Below are positions 60,845 through 64,000 of a stretch of 64,000 bases of DNA, in pieces. Positions within the stretch are counted from its first letter, which is position 1. Each line of letters opens with the position of its first letter. Origin of the DNA: Malacoraja senta. Its lineage: Eukaryota. The notes below the pieces were generated by a model. It was not told the DNA's origin. It did no database searches and saw only the letters and a list, made by a program, of their open reading frames with translations. The translations under genes were made by a program, and so were the position numbers. The stretch lies in contig CM075995.1 in the NCBI GenBank assembly GCA_038087875.1, positions 9,054,001 through 9,118,000 on the forward strand, written 5' to 3'.

Positions 60845-63570
60845 CTCGAGCCGTAACAGAGTAAGGTCAGGGCCAATTGCGAGCGGTGCGAGGGGGGAAG
60901 TGAATACGGAGGTCAAAGTGTTGTATATGAATGCGCGAAGTATAAGGAATAAGGTGGATGAGCTTGAGGCTCAGTTAGAAACTGGCAAGTGTGATGTTGT
61001 GGGAATTACTGAGACATGACTGCAAGAGGGCCAGGGCTGGGAACTGAATATTCAAGGGTATACCTCCTATCGAAAAGACACACAGGTGGGCAGAGGGGGT
61101 GGGGTTGCTCTGTTGGTGAGGAATTAAATTCAGTCCCAAGCAAGGGGTGACATTGAAACAGGAGATGTGGAGTCAGTATGGATAGAACTAAGGAATTGTA
61201 AGGGTAAAAAGACCCTAATGGGACTAATCTACAGGCCCCCAAACAGTAGCTTGGACATAGGGTGCAAGTTGAATCAGGAGTTAAAATTGGCATGTAGCAA
61301 AAGTAATGCTGTGGTTGTTATAGGAGATTTCAACATGCAGGTAGACTGGGAAAATCAGGTTGGTACTGGACCCCAAGAAAGGGACTTTGTAGAGTGCCTT
61401 CGTGATGGATTATTAGAACAGCTTGTATTGGAGCCTACCAGGGAGAATTCTGGATTTGGTGTTATGTAATGAACCGGATTTGATAAAGGACCTCGAGGTT
61501 AATGAGCCATTAGGAGGTAGTGACCATAACATGGTCAGGTTTAATCTACAATTGGCGAGGGAGAAGGGTAGATCGGAGGTGTCAGTGTTGCAGTTGAATA
61601 AAGGGGACAATGGGGCCATGAGGGAGGAGCTGGCCAAAGTTGACTGGAAAGATACCCTAGCAGGGATGACAGTGGAACAACAATGGCAGGTGTTTCTAGG
61701 AATAATACAGAAGGTGCAGGATCAGTTCATTCCTAGGAGGAAGAAAGATTCCAAGGGGAGAAAGGGACGACCATGGCTGACAAGGGACGTCAGGGACAGT
61801 ATAAAAATTAAAGCGAAGAAGTACAACGTAGCAAAGATGAGCGGGAAGCAAGGAGATCAGGTAATGTTTAAAAAACAACAGATAACCAAAAAGACAATAT
61901 GGGGAGAAAAGATGAGGTACGAAGGTAAGCTAGCCAAGAATATAAAGGAGGATAGTAAAAGCTTCTTTAGGTATGTGAAGAGGAAAAAATTAGTTAAGAC
62001 CAAAGTTGGACCCTTGAAGACCGAAAAAGGTGAATTTATTATGGGGAACAAGGAAATGGCAGATGAGTTGAACAGGTACTTTGGATCCGTCTTCACTAAG
62101 GAGGACACAAACAATCTGCCTGATATAGTAGTGGCCAGAGGATCTGGGGTGACGGAGGAACTGAAGGAAATCCACATTAGGCAGGAAATGGTGTTGGATA
62201 GACTGATGGGACTGAAGGCTGATAAATCCCTAGGGCCTGATGGTCTGCATCCCAGGGTACTTAAGGAAGTGGCTCTTGAAATCGTGGATGCATTGGTGAT
62301 AATTTTCCAATGTTCTATAGATTCAGGATCAGTTCCTGTGGATTGGAGGGTAGCTAATGTTATCCCACTTTTTAAGAAAGGCGGGTGAGAGAAAACAAGG
62401 AATTATAGACCAGTTAGCCTGACATCAGTGGTGGGGAAGATGCTGGAGTCAAATATAAAAGTTGAAATAGCCGCTCATTTGGATAGCAGTAACAGGATCG
62501 GTCCGAGTCAGCATGGATTTACGATGGGGAATTCATGCTTGACTAATCTTCTGGAATTTTTTGAAGATGTAACTAGGAAAATGGACAAGGGAGAGCCAGT
62601 GGATATAGTGTACCTGGACTTTCAGAAAGCATTTGATAAGGTCCCACATAGGATATTAGTGGGCAAAATTAAGGCACATGGTATTGGGGGTAGAGTGCTG
62701 ACATGGATAGAGAATTGGTTGGCAGACAGGAAACAAAGAGTAGGGATTAACAGGTCCCTTTCAGAATGGCAGGCAGTGACTAGTGGGGAACCGCAAGGCT
62801 CGTTGCTGGGACCGCAGCTATTTACAATATACATCAATGATTTGGATGAAGGGATTCAAAGTAACATTAGCAAATTTGCAGATGACACAAAGCTGGGTGG
62901 CAGTGTGAACTGTGAGGAGGATGCTATGAGAATGCAGGGTGACTTGGACAGGTTGGGGGAGTGGGCAGATGCATGGCAGATGAAGTTAATGCGGATAACT
63001 GTGAGGTTATCCACTTTGGTAGGCAAAAACAGGAAGGCAGATTATTATCTAAAATGGCATCAAGTTGGGAAAAGGGGAAGTACAACAGGATCTGGGGGTC
63101 CTTGTTCATCAGTCTTATGAATGTAAGCATGCATGGTACAGCAGGCAGTGATGAAAGCGAATGGCATGTTGGCCTTTATAACAAGAGGGAATCGAATATA
63201 GGAGCAAAGAGGTCCTTCTGCAGTTGTACAGAGCCCTAGTGAGACCACACCTGGAGTATTGTGTGCAGTTTTGGTCCCCTAATTTGGGCAAGGACATTCT
63301 TGCTATGGAGGGAGTGCAGCGGAGGTTTACAAGGTTAATTCCTAGGATGGCGGGACTGTCATATGCTGAGTAAATGGAGCGGCTGGGCTTGTACACTCTG
63401 GAGTTTAAAAGGACGAGAGGGGATCTCATGAAACATATAAGATTGTTAAGGGTTTGGACACACTAGAGGCAGGAACATGTTCCCGATGTTGGGGAGTCCA
63501 GAACCAGGGGCCACAGTTTAAGAATAAGGAGTAGGCCATTTAGAACGGAGACGAGGAAACACTTTTTCTC
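60845..63570 (+). mobile_element. Long CR1 ORF2 (EN + RT), disabled; different subfamily from 16214-19532
   Basis: YMNARSIRNK, YRPPNS, GDFN, SDH, FADD with several stops and frameshifts. Confidence 0.95.
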
Positions 63571-63744
63571 ATCATCATTGAATGGCGGTGCTGGCTCGAA
63601 GGGCCGAATGGCCTACTCCTGCACCTATTGTCTATTGTCCACAGTGTACAGGATACATGATAAAGGGAATAATGTGAATCTGCAGGGGTAGAGGTTTCAA
63701 ATAGTGGATCGATTGTAATGCAAATAGTTGCCTGGGTGTGGGCA

Positions 63745-63868
63745 CCATCTTGGGATCTTAGTGACCCCAAGATAGTGAACCCAAGATAGTGATCCCAAGA
63801 TCTTAATGATCCGAGATCATGATCCCAAAATCATAAAATCATCCTGAGATAGTGATCCCAAGATCTTA
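63745..63868 (+). repeat. Degenerate 14-17-bp minisatellite (gatcccaagatagt)
   Basis: About 7 imperfect units. Confidence 0.75.
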
Positions 63869-64000
63869 CATAGAAACATAGAAATAGAAAATAGGTGAGG
63901 AGTAGGCCATTCGGCCCTTCGAGCCTGCACCCCCATTCAATATGATCATGGCTGATCATCCAGACCAGTATCCTGTAACCTGCCTTCTCTCCATACCCCT
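63868..64000 (-). mobile_element. CR1 3' end (continues off the window)
   Basis: (TTTCTATG)n tail and stem-loop. Confidence 0.88.

Noticed and set aside
60278..63570. Twin-priming 5' inversion of one CR1
   Set aside because: The + copy contains the same region as the - copy, so they are two separate head-to-head insertions

Overview
Eukaryotic, extremely repeat-dense genomic DNA. The HE1-type tRNA-derived SINEs and the CR1 families point to a cartilaginous fish, probably a skate or ray (inference). Most of the window is nested transposable elements. It holds dozens of CR1 LINE 3' fragments and three long CR1 copies (16214-19532 +; 50767-53442 - with an uninterrupted 853-aa EN/RT ORF; 60845-63570 +). 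It also holds Rex1/Babar LINE pieces, Penelope elements with GIY-YIG and minimal hammerhead-like cores, the 5' end of a Gypsy element, L1/Tx1/HERO/Vingi-like 3' ends, hAT and Harbinger MITEs with target-site duplications, and tandem repeats. Short unique islands carry splice-signal-bounded segments that may be exons of an unidentified + strand gene. The most unusual signals are: a U_UUA_AAC -1 slippery site joining CR1 ORF1 to ORF2; an ORF-less GC-rich retroposon family with a covarying hairpin and swapped Rex1 3' tails; Penelope inversions starting at the predicted hammerhead cleavage site; an LTR followed by a 44-nt tRNA-Leu copy; and a 34-bp hAT micro-element. Family names are from motif recognition only, with no database search, and the coordinates of degenerate fragments are approximate.
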